A stretch of DNA of 64,000 nt from the human T2T-CHM13v2.0 reference genome, Homo sapiens. The number at the start of each line of letters is the position of its first letter. The stretch's first letter is position 1. Location: NCBI RefSeq assembly GCF_009914755.1, contig NC_060932.1. The stretch is one strand, 5' to 3'. This document shows positions 27,186 through 40,948 of this stretch, one piece after another. Under the pieces are notes generated by a model, which was not told the origin of the DNA, did not search any database, and was given only the letters and a program-made list of their open reading frames with translations. The position numbers and the translations under genes were made by a program.

Positions 27186-28129
27186 GATGGTAGATTTAGA
27201 TAAATACATTATAACTGACACAAAAGTTTCTGAGAAAGGAAGTTTACTTCATATTTAGCTTTGCATCTAACGAAGCAGTGCATTTAAAAAGAAAATGAGA
27301 ATTAAAACTCTGACCACAACCATTTCCTTAATTAAAGTAATGTTCTCTTATTGCCCCGGTGGAATTCTTTATTGCCTAATGTTTGATATTGAGGAGGGCA
27401 TGGACCATTCTAAAAGTTCTCATTTAGTATAGCTGCAAAAATTAGTTAAAGGGTAAACTTTAATCAATGTCCTTCCCCTTCCTCCCATGAAAAGGACAAT
27501 ACACCCCATTCACACATAACACCCATACCAATTATATGTTCGGGTAAAAAGAAAGTAACCATGGTGCAGTCTTTAGAATCAAACTTTACTATCTGTAATT
27601 TCACATTTCCACTATGGTATTTCCATTTCACTCACATACATCTTAGGTCCTTCTTGTCTCTCGGAGGGATTACGGTACATTGAGTTCTTGTAGGTAACAG
27701 TTCTAAGATAATTTGCATACCAACTCAGGCCACTTTACTCAAACTATTGATTCTGCCCCAAAAAAGGCTGGACCAATATATTTTGGCCTCCCTGTCAGTC
27801 TTTTTCAGATTTATGGCTTTAAATTGGTTATTAAATTCAGCTCATTCTTTAACTATTTTCTGTTCTAAATTACAGTCCTCATGATTAGATTTGAACTCCA
27901 CTGGACTAGAATAGATAAATTTCATATGCCATTGGTCTATGAGTTGGGGTTGGCGCTGGAGCAGGTCACTTACCTCTCAAATATTAATAAAGTGCTATCA
28001 ACTTCTTAGTAGAAACTTCATTTATTTCTTTTTTTTTAACCACATATTTAAAACTAATGAAACAATTTCAGTCAGTGGGCCTGTTATTATGTCTACTTTA
28101 TCTTTTCCTTTTTGTATTAAGTCCACTTT

Positions 28130-29650
28130 TTTTCAATTGACAGATAAAATTGCATGTACTTATCATGTGTAACATAATGTTTGGAAACATGTATACATTG
28201 TGGAGTGATTAAATGTAACTAACTGATAAATTCATTATCCCAAATAGTTAACATTATTGTGGTGCAAACACAATCTGCTCTCTGTGTTTTTCAATAATAA
28301 AATACACCATCATTGACTATAGTCAACACGATAGATCTCTTGAGAATATTCCCCCTATTTTACTGTAAATATGTACCCTTGGACCAACATTTCCCCAAAC
28401 CCCTTTTGTCTTCTAATCACTTCAGCTTCTGGTAACCATCATTCTACTCTCTACTTCTATGAAATCAGTATTTATAGATCCCACATGAGTGAGATGATGT
28501 GATATTTGTCTTTCTGTGGCTTCTTTTACTTAACGTCATGGCCTCTAGTTCATAAATGTTGTAGCAAATGAGATAATTTCCTTTTTTATGGCTGAATTAT
28601 TGTATATATGTACTGTATTTTCTTTATCCATTCATTGGTTGATGGACATTTAGCTTGATTCCATATCTTGACCCTATTGTGTGTGCTGCAGTAAACCAGG
28701 TAGTGCAGACATCTATTCAACATACTGATTTTATTTACTTTGAATACATAACCAGTGGTGGGACTGCTGAGTCATACAGTACTTCTATGTTTAATTTTTT
28801 GAGGAACCTCCATACTGTTTTCTATAATGATTGTATTAATTTATATTCCCAACAACAGTGTATAAGTGTTCTGTTTTTTCTGCATCCTCATCTGTACTTG
28901 TTATCTTTTATCTTTTGATAACAGCCAATCTAACATTATATCTTATTGTGGTTTTGATATACATTTTCTGGTGAGTAGTGATATTGAGCATTTTTTAATT
29001 TACCTGTTGGCCATTTGTATGTATTCTTTTGAGAAAGTCTATTCCTTTATTGTGTCCATTGTTTAATCAGGCTATTTGTCTTCTTGGTGTTTGAGTTTGT
29101 TAATATTTTGAATATTAACTTATTATCAGATGTATAGTTTGCCAATCTTTTCTCTTTTTCTTTAAGCTGTCACCTCACTCTGTTGAGTCTCATTTGCTGT
29201 ACAGAAGCTTTTTAGTATGGTGCAATTCTATTTGTCTATTTTTGCATTTGTTGTCTGTACTTTGAGGTCATATTCCAAAAAGTCTTTACCCAGACTAAAT
29301 GTCGTGGAGCTTTTCCCCTATGTTTTTCTTCCCCTATACTTTTACAATTCCAGGTCTTATATTTAAGTCTTTGATTCATTTTGAGATAATTTATGTATAT
29401 ATTAGATCCTATATATCTAAGATATATAGGATCTAATTTCATTCTTCTGCATATAGGTAACCAGTTTTGTCAACATCATTTGTTGAAGAAACTTTTCCTC
29501 ATGTGTATTCTTGGTGCCTTTGTCGAAAATCAGTTGGCTGTAAATGCACAGATTTATTTCTTGGCTCTCTATTCTGTTCCATTGGTCTACATGTCTGCTT
29601 TTATGCCAGTACCATGGTGTTTGCACATTTTGAAGTTAGGTAGTGTGATT
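28130..29650 (-). mobile_element. L1MA 3' end
   Basis: ORF 29417-29626 (-) [16 protein letters not shown] is ORF2-like. Confidence 0.85.
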
Positions 29651-29672
29651 TACTTACAAATTACCCAGCCTC

Positions 29673-29972
29673 AGCCGGGCATGGTGGCTCACGCCTGTAA
29701 TCCCAGCACTTTGGGAGGCCAAGGCGGGCGGATCACCTGAGGTCAGGAGTTCAAGACCAGCCTGGCCAACATGGCGAAACCCCATCTGTATTAAACATAC
29801 ACACATTATTCGGGCGTAGTGGTGTGCGCCTGTAATCCCAGCTAATCGGGAGGCTGACGCAGGAGAATCACTTGAAGCTGGGAGGCAGAGGCTGCAGTGA
29901 GCCAAGATCATGCCATTGGCACTCCAGCCTAGGCAACAAGGGTGAAATTCCGTCTCAAAAAAAAAAAAAAAA
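29673..29972 (+). mobile_element. AluSq/Sp inserted in a short MST LTR 3' remnant (about 29655-30019)
   Basis: TSD ccagcctca; flanks rejoin as aattacccagcctcaggt...tttatagcaatgcaagaatggcctaacac. Confidence 0.88.
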
Positions 29973-30939
29973 TCCAGCCTCAGGTTTTTCTTTATAGCAA
30001 TGCAAGAATGGCCTAACACTATCTTTAATTTCTTTTAATAGTAATTTGTCATTTTGTATGTATAGGTGTCATAGTTTTCCTAGAATGGTTATTTCCAAGG
30101 ATTTAATATGTTTAGTGCTAATGTAAATAATATTCTTTTAAATATTCTAGTGTTTACATTTTTATTTTATATGTAAATGGGATACTTGTGTATTAAATTT
30201 ACACCCAATGGATTTTTCAGATTCACTTGGTAGTTAAAATATTTTATCTATAGATTATCTTGGATTTTCTGTGTTTATATTATAATAAGATTTTCTTTGT
30301 ATAAAGATTCCTATTTAAAGTTTATTTTTTACTTTTTTGTAGCCATATTTACTGACTACTATTTCCACAAAGATATATAAAAATGTTAATAGTGAATTTT
30401 CTTAACTTCTTCACAATATTAGGAGGAAAGACTAGAAAATTCAATATTAATTATTTTCATTATATAAATGTTTTGTTGATCCCTTTCATCAGATTAAAAA
30501 ACTTCAAATCTATTTCTAGTATCTTAAAATCTGTGTGTCTTGCGTGAGTATATGCTTATAAATCAGATAATTGAGTCAAATAGTTTGACTATTTTAGATA
30601 CCTCATATAAATGGAATCATGCAATATTTGCCTTTTTGTGATTGGCTTATTACACTTAGCATAACGTCCTTAAATTTCACCCATGTTACTGCATATAACA
30701 AGATTTCCTTCTTTTTTCAGGCTGAATAATCCTTGTCATGTTTTGTTACTAATTTTTGCTGACCTCATGAAAGGAATCAGCATGTGTAGGACTGAAATAA
30801 TATCATCCTTTACTTTAAATGTTTATATACTTGAAAATGTATCTTTTTTCAGCAGCATATGGTGAAAAATTTTTCCAAATTTTAGGATCATTGCCTTTGA
30901 TCGATTCCAGACCATCACACTATAACATAACACATACCA

Positions 30940-31275
30940 TTGCAATTTGAAATGTAACAGTGGCTTTTAATCATAGTACCACCTCATTACATTATGATAT
31001 TTCCTTATACCATGCCCCTACTGACAGAATTAGTGTCTACTAACCAACAGAAATAGCGTAAGATAACTTTAAAAAAACAGAAATTTGTAATGTAAAACTC
31101 ATTATCATGCATTTTTAAATAAGTAAATTATCTGTGAAATTATACATATATATCATATTTTCTGGTCAAATTAAAATCACAATATGCAGGTTTGAATCCC
31201 AGGAAACCAGGTAATGTACATTCTTTTCTTTCCATTTTTTTGTGTCCATCCATCACAGATAATTACTCTAGAAGA
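30940..31275 (-). other. ADAM2: ADAM2 terminal non-coding (3' UTR) exon; 3' end approximate
   Basis: Acceptor ttttcatttattcAG|TCTTCTAGAG at 31275; unique AT-rich sequence; ATTAAA at 30966-30971 on the minus strand. Confidence 0.75.
30966..30971 (-). terminator. ADAM2: Candidate ADAM2 polyA signal ATTAAA
   Basis: tttaat on +; followed on the minus strand by a GT-rich stretch (ggtatgtgttatgtt). Confidence 0.55.
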
Positions 31276-31679
31276 CTGAATAAATGAAAAAAAAGTCACC
31301 GTTATCAACAAGTTGAAATGATAGCTAGTTCAACAAATAGCATGCAAGTAACCTTATTGCAAAGTAGACTTATATCATGCAATTTATTTTTAGCCAACAT
31401 TTTAAATATACAAATGCTAAAGAAGTAAAATTAACTAAAGAAAATAATTAAAAAGTAACACTGTAATAAATTTTTAAGTGGAAAATTTCAAAATCATTTA
31501 TAACTTGATCATGTCTATTATAAATTCTGAAAAATATAATTCCGAAAAATAGTCTCCAATTTATTTTTATTATATATAGCTATATGACTGTCACTACTTA
31601 ATATATATTTATTTAATATATTACGTTCTTTCTCTCTCCTCCCCCCAACCCCCCCATCCTTAAAATATTTGGAACTCAC

Positions 31680-32021
31680 TCATGTCCTTTGCAGGGACAT
31701 GGATGAAGCTGGAAGCCATCATTCTCAACAAACACACACAGGAACATAAAACCAAACACCGCATGTTCTCACTCATAAGTGGGAGCTGAATCATGAAAAC
31801 ACATGGACACAGGGAGGGGAACATCACACACCAGAACCTGTCGGGGGTTGGGAGGCAAGGGGAGGAAGAGCATTGAGACCAATACCTAATGCATGTGGGG
31901 CTTAAAACCTAGATGACAGGTTGATAGGTGCAGCAAACCACCATGGCACATGTATACCTATGTAACAAACCTGCACATTCTGCACCTGTGTCCCAGTACT
32001 TAAAGTAAAATAAATTTTAAA
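31680..32021 (+). mobile_element. 5'-truncated L1PA 3' end in the last ADAM2 intron
   Basis: catgtcctttgcagggacatggatgaagctgg...acttaaagtaaaataaa; TT|AAAA target at 31660-31665. Confidence 0.92.
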
Positions 32022-32069
32022 AAAATGAAAGAAACTCACAGTGATATCATGGCATCTCTGTTGTCCAGA

Positions 32070-32103
32070 CTACCCTTTAGGTTCACTCTCACTTTCAGGT
32101 TGC
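32070..32103 (-). CDS. ADAM2: ADAM2 stop-containing exon (~20), coding part; exon continues to a donor after 32040
   Basis: tgcAG|G CAA CCT GAA AGT GAG AGT GAA CCT AAA GGG TAG = QPESESEPKG*; then 30 nt of UTR and ACT|GTgagt. Confidence 0.93.
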
Positions 32104-33136
32104 CTGCATATTAAAAATAAAAATAATATTATACTTTCTTCAAGATGATTTTACAAACCTCTGTATTATCTGTCAGTCTTGAAACAGTTCTGAATTTTTA
32201 CCTAAGAACTGGGTTCACCCATTATTTGAGAATACCCTATCACTGAGAACATCTCTGCCCTGGTAATCAAGACTAATAATGAACATCTTTGCATCAGTGA
32301 ATATGAAAAAAAAGCACAGTGATATATGTTTACCCGAAAAGAAACTTAGATCATTGTTATATTCATAGTATTATTGGTTAAGTATCTTTAAACTTTTTGC
32401 CATTCATTTTCAACCCTATTAATTTCTATTCATTTTACTAGCTATGCTTTTTTCCCTGAAGATATTTGATATCAGTTATTCCACAATAGTTATCCAATAT
32501 AAGAAAACCACTTTAGTATATTTAAATAATGACTAAGTTATTACTCGTTTAGGTGCTGTATATTATTTCAGCAATTTCAAATCAACTTTTAAAATATATT
32601 CCATTTTCATTTACATTGTCATTTTAAGTATTTTAATGAAATTCAATTCATTTCAAGTAAAATGAAGGACATAGTTATATAACTCCCAGGGAGAAATCAT
32701 TTGGTAGCATTTTCCTTGAAAATAAATAAACCAGTTTTAATGTTTACTTGTATTCTTATAGCACATATTCAGATATTTTTATTTTTAATAGAAGTTATTT
32801 GTTTTATATTTTCTGTAGACTAGCTGTGGCTATCATCTAGATTTTTAAGTCTTTTATTACTTATTAACTTTTAATCTTTTTCTACTTCTAATTGCTGTGC
32901 TTCAATTTACATTACTACCAAAAAAAAGCTAAATTACTTTCCTGGGTTTTCCTACTACCTTTCATTAAAATAGCATAAAAATTCACTAAGATATAGAAAT
33001 ATTACAAAGTTATTTAAGTATTATTAAGTTAAAATACATATTTAACAAGATCAAATAATAAAAGAAGATAGATAAACTTTAAAGATAAACTTTAAACTTG
33101 AATGGACAGCTAAACTTTAGCTAATCTTGCCCCTAA

Positions 33137-33537
<401 letters not shown>

Positions 33538-33683
33538 CATTAGTTATTAATATATGAGTTATTAAATTCCCATATAAAGACAATAATTGAATTTGAATTA
33601 TTACTCATTACATCGACCACATTGCTATTTACTATGTTCATAAATTATACAAATAACAAATCTTAAATATGAAATCAATATAC

Positions 33684-33843
33684 TCATCGCTTGAATAGTC
33701 CTCAGTTCTCCATTTTTTCCTTTGGAAATTAACTTTCACCATTATAGCAATCAGTACACAGAAAATAATAAAGAAAGGAATGAATAAGAAAAATGGCCAT
33801 CTCATTGGTTTGGAATGGTAAATGTTCTCAATGTAGCGCCTTT
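33684..33843 (-). CDS. ADAM2: ADAM2 exon (~19): transmembrane helix
   Basis: ttctAG|AA AGG CGC...GAT GA|GTatat; 160 nt; (E)[52 protein letters not shown](E). Confidence 0.95.
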
Positions 33844-36522
33844 CTAGAAGAAAAAAAAATCAAAGATTTGAAAGCAAGCACCAGAAATATAGTAAAGATA
33901 TTTCTGTATTTTACTACGTCTACCAAAATAAAATCTTTGAACAATTTAATAATTTAAAAATTAACATATTTTCTATGAAATAGATAACTTGAAAATATAA
34001 ATGCCCAAAGTGACTCTTGTAACTCTTTTTAAAATGGATAGCTATATATGGTGGGCTGATACTTTGTTGAGGATTTTTGTATCTCTGTTCATGAAGAATT
34101 TTTTTTGTGATTTTCTTCTTTGTTGAGTTCCTTGTTTGAATTTGGCATCAGGATTATGTTTTCCTCATACAATGAGTTGACAGGAACTTCCCCACCACTG
34201 TTTTCTGAAAATAATATTGCTTTCTTCCAAGAATTTGGTTCAGTTCACCTGTGAAACCATCTATGCCTATAGTTTTTTGTTGTCGTTTATTTTTGTTGGT
34301 GGTGACCTAAAAAATCATAAACCCACAGATTAAGAAGTGTGGTTTCTGACTTTTTGTTTATGCCCTTTGGTTTATAATCCAAATAGTCCTTTTCACATCT
34401 GACTACCTTTATCAGCCTGTTTCTTGCCTATAGTTGATTGGGGACCAATGAACGTACATGCTACCTTGATCACTTTCAGTCTGAGCTAATATAATTCCTT
34501 GAATTTCTCATGTATCAAATAAAAACACAATCCATTAAACAAAGGCCACACTCGCAAATCTCTTTGACATAAGCCTTTCTCTGTATTGGATCCTGTGAGG
34601 CTGTTATGAAATGACCAGTTTAAAATTCTTAGTAGCCTTACTGTTTGAAACTTTTTATGATGCATTTACATAAAATACTTAGAAGGCCTTTTGTATAGAA
34701 GAAAGAGTCTCTAAGATATATCAACTTAAGTTTTTCTGAGATTTTAACAGAGGTGTTTACAGTCAAAGGCCTTGCTTAATTTTGATTTGAGATAAAATTT
34801 TATTGCTCTAATCTCAAATTTGGCCTTTCATTGTTTCTTACTTTAAGAAACTTGTGGAGAATGAAAATTAGTTTTACTTTCAAACCAATAAAATCCGTGC
34901 TTGGACCAATGTCCTAGAGTGCCTTATTAACATTTTCTTCCAGTAGTTTCATAGTAGGCATGAGTTCAATTTTCCACATTACCAAAGGCAGCAGTGATGC
35001 CAAACAATTTACCACTTCATAATAATGGTTTCACTTTCTGCAACGTGTTTTTAAACTGTCCTTGAATTGCTCACCAACTTCAACATGTACTAAGACTTCA
35101 TAGTTTCCTGCCTTTCTGTCTTCCATGCACTATCCAATTTCAAAGCTAAGGTCACATTTTATATTTCTATTACACAACATATTGGGAGCTAAATGTTTTT
35201 TATTATGTATTGCTGTATAAGAAATTACCTCAAGGCTTAGTAACTTAAAACACTAGATTTTGCTCACAATTTTGTTGGTTATGAATTTGAGGAGGGCTTA
35301 TTAGATGGTTGTATTTTTGTTTCTGAGTGCAATCAAATTTCAAATATTGCTGATAATTTTCAAGAAGTGAATGAGAGAATGAGATTTCAGGGAATGAGAG
35401 AAGTAAGGGCTGCAAAATACCTGGCTAGAGTCTGTAGGAAGACCACGAGAGTCCTAGAATGTTAGTTCTTCACATTTTATTGATCAATCATACCACTAAA
35501 ACCAACCTGGAAAGGAGTGGTCTCCACTGCTCATTGGGAAATGGCATGTGTGTGCATGAATAGAAACAATTAATTGCAGCCAATGGGAAGATAAGCTAAT
35601 TGTTGCTAGTAAAATGGAAATAGCTTGAAAATACATTAATTACAAAGTTTTAAACTTACTAATCTATTACTATATAACATTAAATATAATATTTCCAGAT
35701 ACTGGAATTAATAACTACCTATGACTCAAAATCAGAAAAATGGCTCTACTTGTATGTACATTTAGATTTTTATATCAAAGAAAATCTCCTGGTCCTAAGT
35801 ATTATTGGATATGCCAGTTAACTTCTGGCTTTCTCTAAAATTCATCTAGGCTTTTCCTCTGCTTTGATCAATATCACAGGGAACCGCACTGCCCAAGTTC
35901 CTTGACCTGCTGTCTTCCAGTCAGTTTTGATCACTGGGAATCACTAAGTAATATCTGGAGGATTCGAAGAGTAAAAATAGCTCTGATATTATTCCCCCTT
36001 CCTCTCCAGAATCTCCAACAGTGACTGTATATTCTCTATACCTCCAGCTCATGCTGGACAGTTACTCTCCCTGTGGTTTCAATCCTGCTATACATCCCTG
36101 ACCATAGTTATATATCATGCTAAATGGCCCAGAATCTGATTCTAGTAATACCACCTCTTTTTATTGTCCCTACAACCCTAAAAAGTGGTAGTCATTTTCT
36201 GGGTTGCCTCACCTTTCTCTGATTAATCTTCTCATCTATGCAATTACCAGATGCCTTACACGGTGTTCTTTCTGTTTGAAAGACTAAAGTGATTTCTGTC
36301 TTTATGCCTGGGCTCTGACTGATATATCATATTTATAACATATGCTACATATGTTGTAATATATTACTCTCTGGAAGTGGAAGTAAAACATACACATTCA
36401 TGTGCAGTTTAATGTCTAAACATAGTCTAGATATAAATTGGTAGACAAAATATTATTTGTTATCCAATTTAATAAATTCAAATTATGTTTTAATTATTTT
36501 CTGATTTATTATTAATACTTAC

Positions 36523-36661
36523 CAGGGAGTCTGGCTGGTATAGCTACAGGTGGAAAATTGCCACTGTCAATACTCCCACCAGGCCATAGATCTGATTGAA
36601 CTGAGCAATCTGGAGGTAAATATGAAGCACTACAGTGACAGTGCTTTTTGTTATTGCATAC
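36523..36661 (-). CDS. ADAM2: ADAM2 exon (~18): EGF-like domain
   Basis: tttAG|GTA TGC...CCT G|GTaagt; 139 nt; [19 protein letters not shown]...[19 protein letters not shown]. Confidence 0.95.
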
Positions 36662-36881
36662 CTAAAAGAAGGAGAAATATCACCTTATAAGATAAGCAAC
36701 TAGATTTATATATGTTCAAGTAGAATTATAAAATAATATGTAGGTCAGCTAAGGCCAATTTTCCTATATGTTTTGGTGTGTGTGTGTGTGTGTGTGCATG
36801 TGTGTGTGTGTGTGTAGCAATGCAGTTTCCTAAAATTAGGCTCAATGATTTCTATTTTCACCTCATAGTACTGCTACTTAC

Positions 36882-36959
36882 ACCTCTATCATTGCATTTG
36901 TCAGTAGTACAATCATAACCCAAGTATGAAGAACTCACACATCTTTGATTCCTGCAAAC
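36882..36959 (-). CDS. ADAM2: ADAM2 exon (~17): Cys-rich to EGF-like junction
   Basis: tttAG|GTT TGC...AGA GGT|GTaagt; 78 nt; VCRNQRCVSSSYLGYDCTTDKCNDRG. Confidence 0.95.
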
Positions 36960-37099
36960 CTAAAAAGGATGAGCAAAAATAAGTTAATTGACATGCCATC
37001 TAGAGTTGCCATTTAATTAAAAGCATTCCATACCATACCATATTACCATGGACTAATAAAAAGGGTATTGATTTAGCAACAAGAATTAGTATACTAACA

Positions 37100-38000
37100 A
37101 TGAATAGTTAATGTATTGAGCTACTATGTTTCCAGCACTAGATGAGACTCTGATTATCTAGGAGTAAACAAAACAATAACAGCTTCTTCCCTGCTTAGAC
37201 TGGGATAGCAGGGACAAATATGAAATGAGTAAAACACAAATAAGTACGTAATAAATGCTGTAATGAAAAAATTGATTTGTGAAGCGTAAAATACAGGAAA
37301 TGTGTCAAATATTTGAGAACAGTTAAAACCTTCTCATTGAGCCCTGATGATAGATAGGACTTAATTAGTATAGAAATAAAAGACAGAGTATTATAAAAAA
37401 AGAAGTAATATTTAAAATGATTCTACCATGGAAGACCGTATTGAACCTTTGAGAAATCTAAAGGGCAGTGTGGCCATTCAGTCATTCATTAAATAAATAT
37501 TTGAGTCCTACAAATGTACCTGGCCCCAAGAAGGCATCAGTGAACAACACAAATCTCATCTTGTTCATACCATAACAAAAGAGAGAGAAACAGACAAAAA
37601 ACTCGATATTATATGAAAGAAGATATTATTGGCATGATTGTGTAGAATCTTATATTCTTCATGAGCAAGTTGGTCAAATATAGCAATTTGCTATATTTAC
37701 ATATTGGAAGAAGGAAAGCTGATAAAAGTAGGTTTTGGAAAAGAGAATGGAAAGGGCAATAGCCTATAGATACAAAGTTAGAATGTCATTGTTGTGGTCC
37801 ACAAAAATGATAAGCATACAATGAAATTGAGTGGTAGTGAGGATAGAAACCAGTAGATGTATTTGAGATAGAAAGTTGAAACCAGCTGAGTTGGAGTAAT
37901 ATGCATAGTAAAAAGAGATGGGTGAATGACACCAAGGATTCTGACTTGTTTAATTCTCTTGCTGGTAGTTAAATCAACTGAGATAAAGAAAGTTAAGCAT
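37100..38000. mobile_element. L2 fragments
   Basis: cattcagtcattcattaaataaatatttgag and tattgagctactatgtttccagcac motifs. Confidence 0.55.
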
Positions 38001-38938
38001 AAAGACAAAGGTTTAGTAATTGTTTTCAGAGATCTCTTTCAACCTATATCAAATAATACTATGTTTCAAAAGAACAAGAAATGTTTAATGCACTCATACA
38101 AATACTCAAAGCGACTAATGGTAAGCCCAAGAACATGTAATTAGAAATATTTTTTATTTTAAAAGTTTGCTAAAGAATATTGGCAATATTTTGGGAGATT
38201 TTTCCTCTTATAATATAGGATCATAACACACTAACTTTTAAAGTCAGAGAGTTAATCTGTTCACATAGTTTTTGCCCAACATTATTGAGTATGAAAAAAT
38301 ACATTATTAATTGTGTTGGCTAATTATGGCAATGCATACCTCCATTTAAGATTTATGGGGAAATGGACTAATGATGAATAGATGGCCAGGTTATTTTGGA
38401 TGGCTGTGGTAGTAGTATAAAAAGTACTAGCTCTGGATACTGGATACAGATTAGTGCTGCTGTAGTTATAAATCTATCTATTCTGTTAGCATGCTTCCTT
38501 CACACCTAACTACAATTTAAATACAGTAGTTAGATATATAATTTGCAGAGCTATTGTCCAGAAAAAAGTAAACCTAATTTTCAGAACCATTAAATATATT
38601 AATTGTCTAGAGAAACAAAAGTTGAGGAAGGGTTGTTGGTATTACTGGTACCCTTTTTCTGCAATGAAGTGTTTTTGTGGGTTTTTTTGTTTGTTTTTGT
38701 TTTTGTCTGGGTTTTGTTTGTTTGTTTGTTTTGCTTTAACATGCCTGTGGCAGAGTGCTTAACTTCAGTTGTATCATGCAGGAAGCTTTGCTAGGGAAAA
38801 GCAGCATCCAAATAAAGAAGCTAGCTAAAAAAAGTAAAAATTATTTATAACCATATAGCAATAGTAATATTACATAAAAAAAACAATTCTTTTTTATTCT
38901 TCACCAAACTCTCTAAAACAGATTTATTTTTGTTTTGA

Positions 38939-39334
<396 letters not shown>

Positions 39335-39869
39335 TGATTTTACAAAAGCAACCAAAACTGAAGGCAGCACTCCTCCAGTGGCCACCAATGACCAAGCATT
39401 TTGGATTTAAATGATCATTTGCACCCCCTACAACAGTGGCAGAATTAGAAGCAGGTTATATCAAACTTTCAATAAATAGTCTGGGGAGGTACATCAGAAA
39501 AACGGTGATATAGAAAACAAAACAAAATCTGGCTGAAATAACATTATAGGAGCTCTGGCAACAGTCAAAGGTCTACAGCAACCAGTAAAATACTGAAGAA
39601 CACATTGTCACAGTCAAAATGGTAGAAAATTTTATGGCATTTTTGTCTGAATGAGGCAGCAGCTAAATTCTCAATCCCTTCCCTCAAACTGAAGGATGCA
39701 GCACAGATTTTATTGGCAATACTCTAACTTGTCTGGTAGCTGCCTTAAGGACTGGTTTCTGATTTGCCTAACTCAAATCTCAGATGGAAAGAAGCAGTAT
39801 AGACTGCTAGGGAAAGGTGCAGGGAGAGTAACATTTGCAGACACCTGGGGCAAAAGATTACGGTGGAGA

Positions 39870-40948
39870 TGTAATTGTAGCTCCCACAATAACGACAGTG
39901 TCATGGGAGAGACCTGGTGGGAGGTAATTGAATTATGGCGGCAGGTTTTTCCCATGCTGGTCTCCTGATAGTGAGTAAGTCTCATGAGATCTCATGGTTT
40001 TATAAAGGGCAGTTCCCCTGCACACACTCTCTTGCCTGCCTCCACGTAAGACATGCCTTTGTTCCTCCTTTGCCTTCTGCCATGATTGTGAGGCCTCCCC
40101 AGCCACGCGGAACTGTGAGTCCATTAAATCTTGTTTTCTATATAAATTACCCAGTTTCAGGCATGTCTTGATTAACAGCATGAGAACAGACTAATACAGT
40201 AAAATCGGTACCAGGAATGGAGTGCTGCTGTGAAAATACTAAAAAATGTGGAAGCGATTTTGGAACTGGGTAACAGCCAGAGATTGGAATCATTTGGAGG
40301 GCTAAGAAGAAGATGGGAAAATGTGGGAAAGTTTGGAAGTTCCTAGAGACTTGTTGAATGGCTTTGATCAAAATGCGCTTAGTGATATGAACAATGAAGT
40401 CCAGGCTTAGATGGTCTCAGATGGAAATGAGGAACTTCTTAGGAACTGGAGAAAAGGTGACTCTTGTTATGTTTTAGCAAGAAGAGTGGCAGCATTTTGC
40501 CCCTGCCCTAGAAATCTGTGGAACTCTGAACTTGAGAGATGATTTAGGCTACCTGGCAGAAGAAATTTCTAAGCAGCAAAGCATTCAAGAGGAAGCAAAG
40601 CATAAAAGTTGGAAAAATTTGCAGCCTGATGATGCAATAGAAAAAAAAAAAACCCATGTTCTGGGGAAAAATTTAAGTCTGCTGCAGAAATTTGCATAAG
40701 TAATGAGGAGTCAAATGTTAGTCATCAAGACAGTGGGGAAAATGTCTCCAAGGCATATCAGAGACTTTCATGGTAGCCCTTCCCATCACAGACACAGAGG
40801 CCTAGGAGGGAAAAATGGTTTCCTGGGCAGGGCCCAGGGTCCCCCTGCTCTATACTGCCTCAGGACTTGGCACCCTGCATCCCAGCCACTCTAGCTATGG
40901 CTAAAAGGGTCCAAGGTACAGCACAGCCCACAGCTTTAGAGGGTGCAA
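39870..40948 (+). mobile_element. THE1 LTR (to 40198) plus truncated THE1-int
   Basis: aattgtagctccca...agactaataca gtaaaatcggtaccagg. Confidence 0.88.

Noticed and set aside
31636-31659. G-quadruplex in the last ADAM2 intron (minus strand)
   Set aside because: Only two long G runs; a weak candidate with no supporting evidence.
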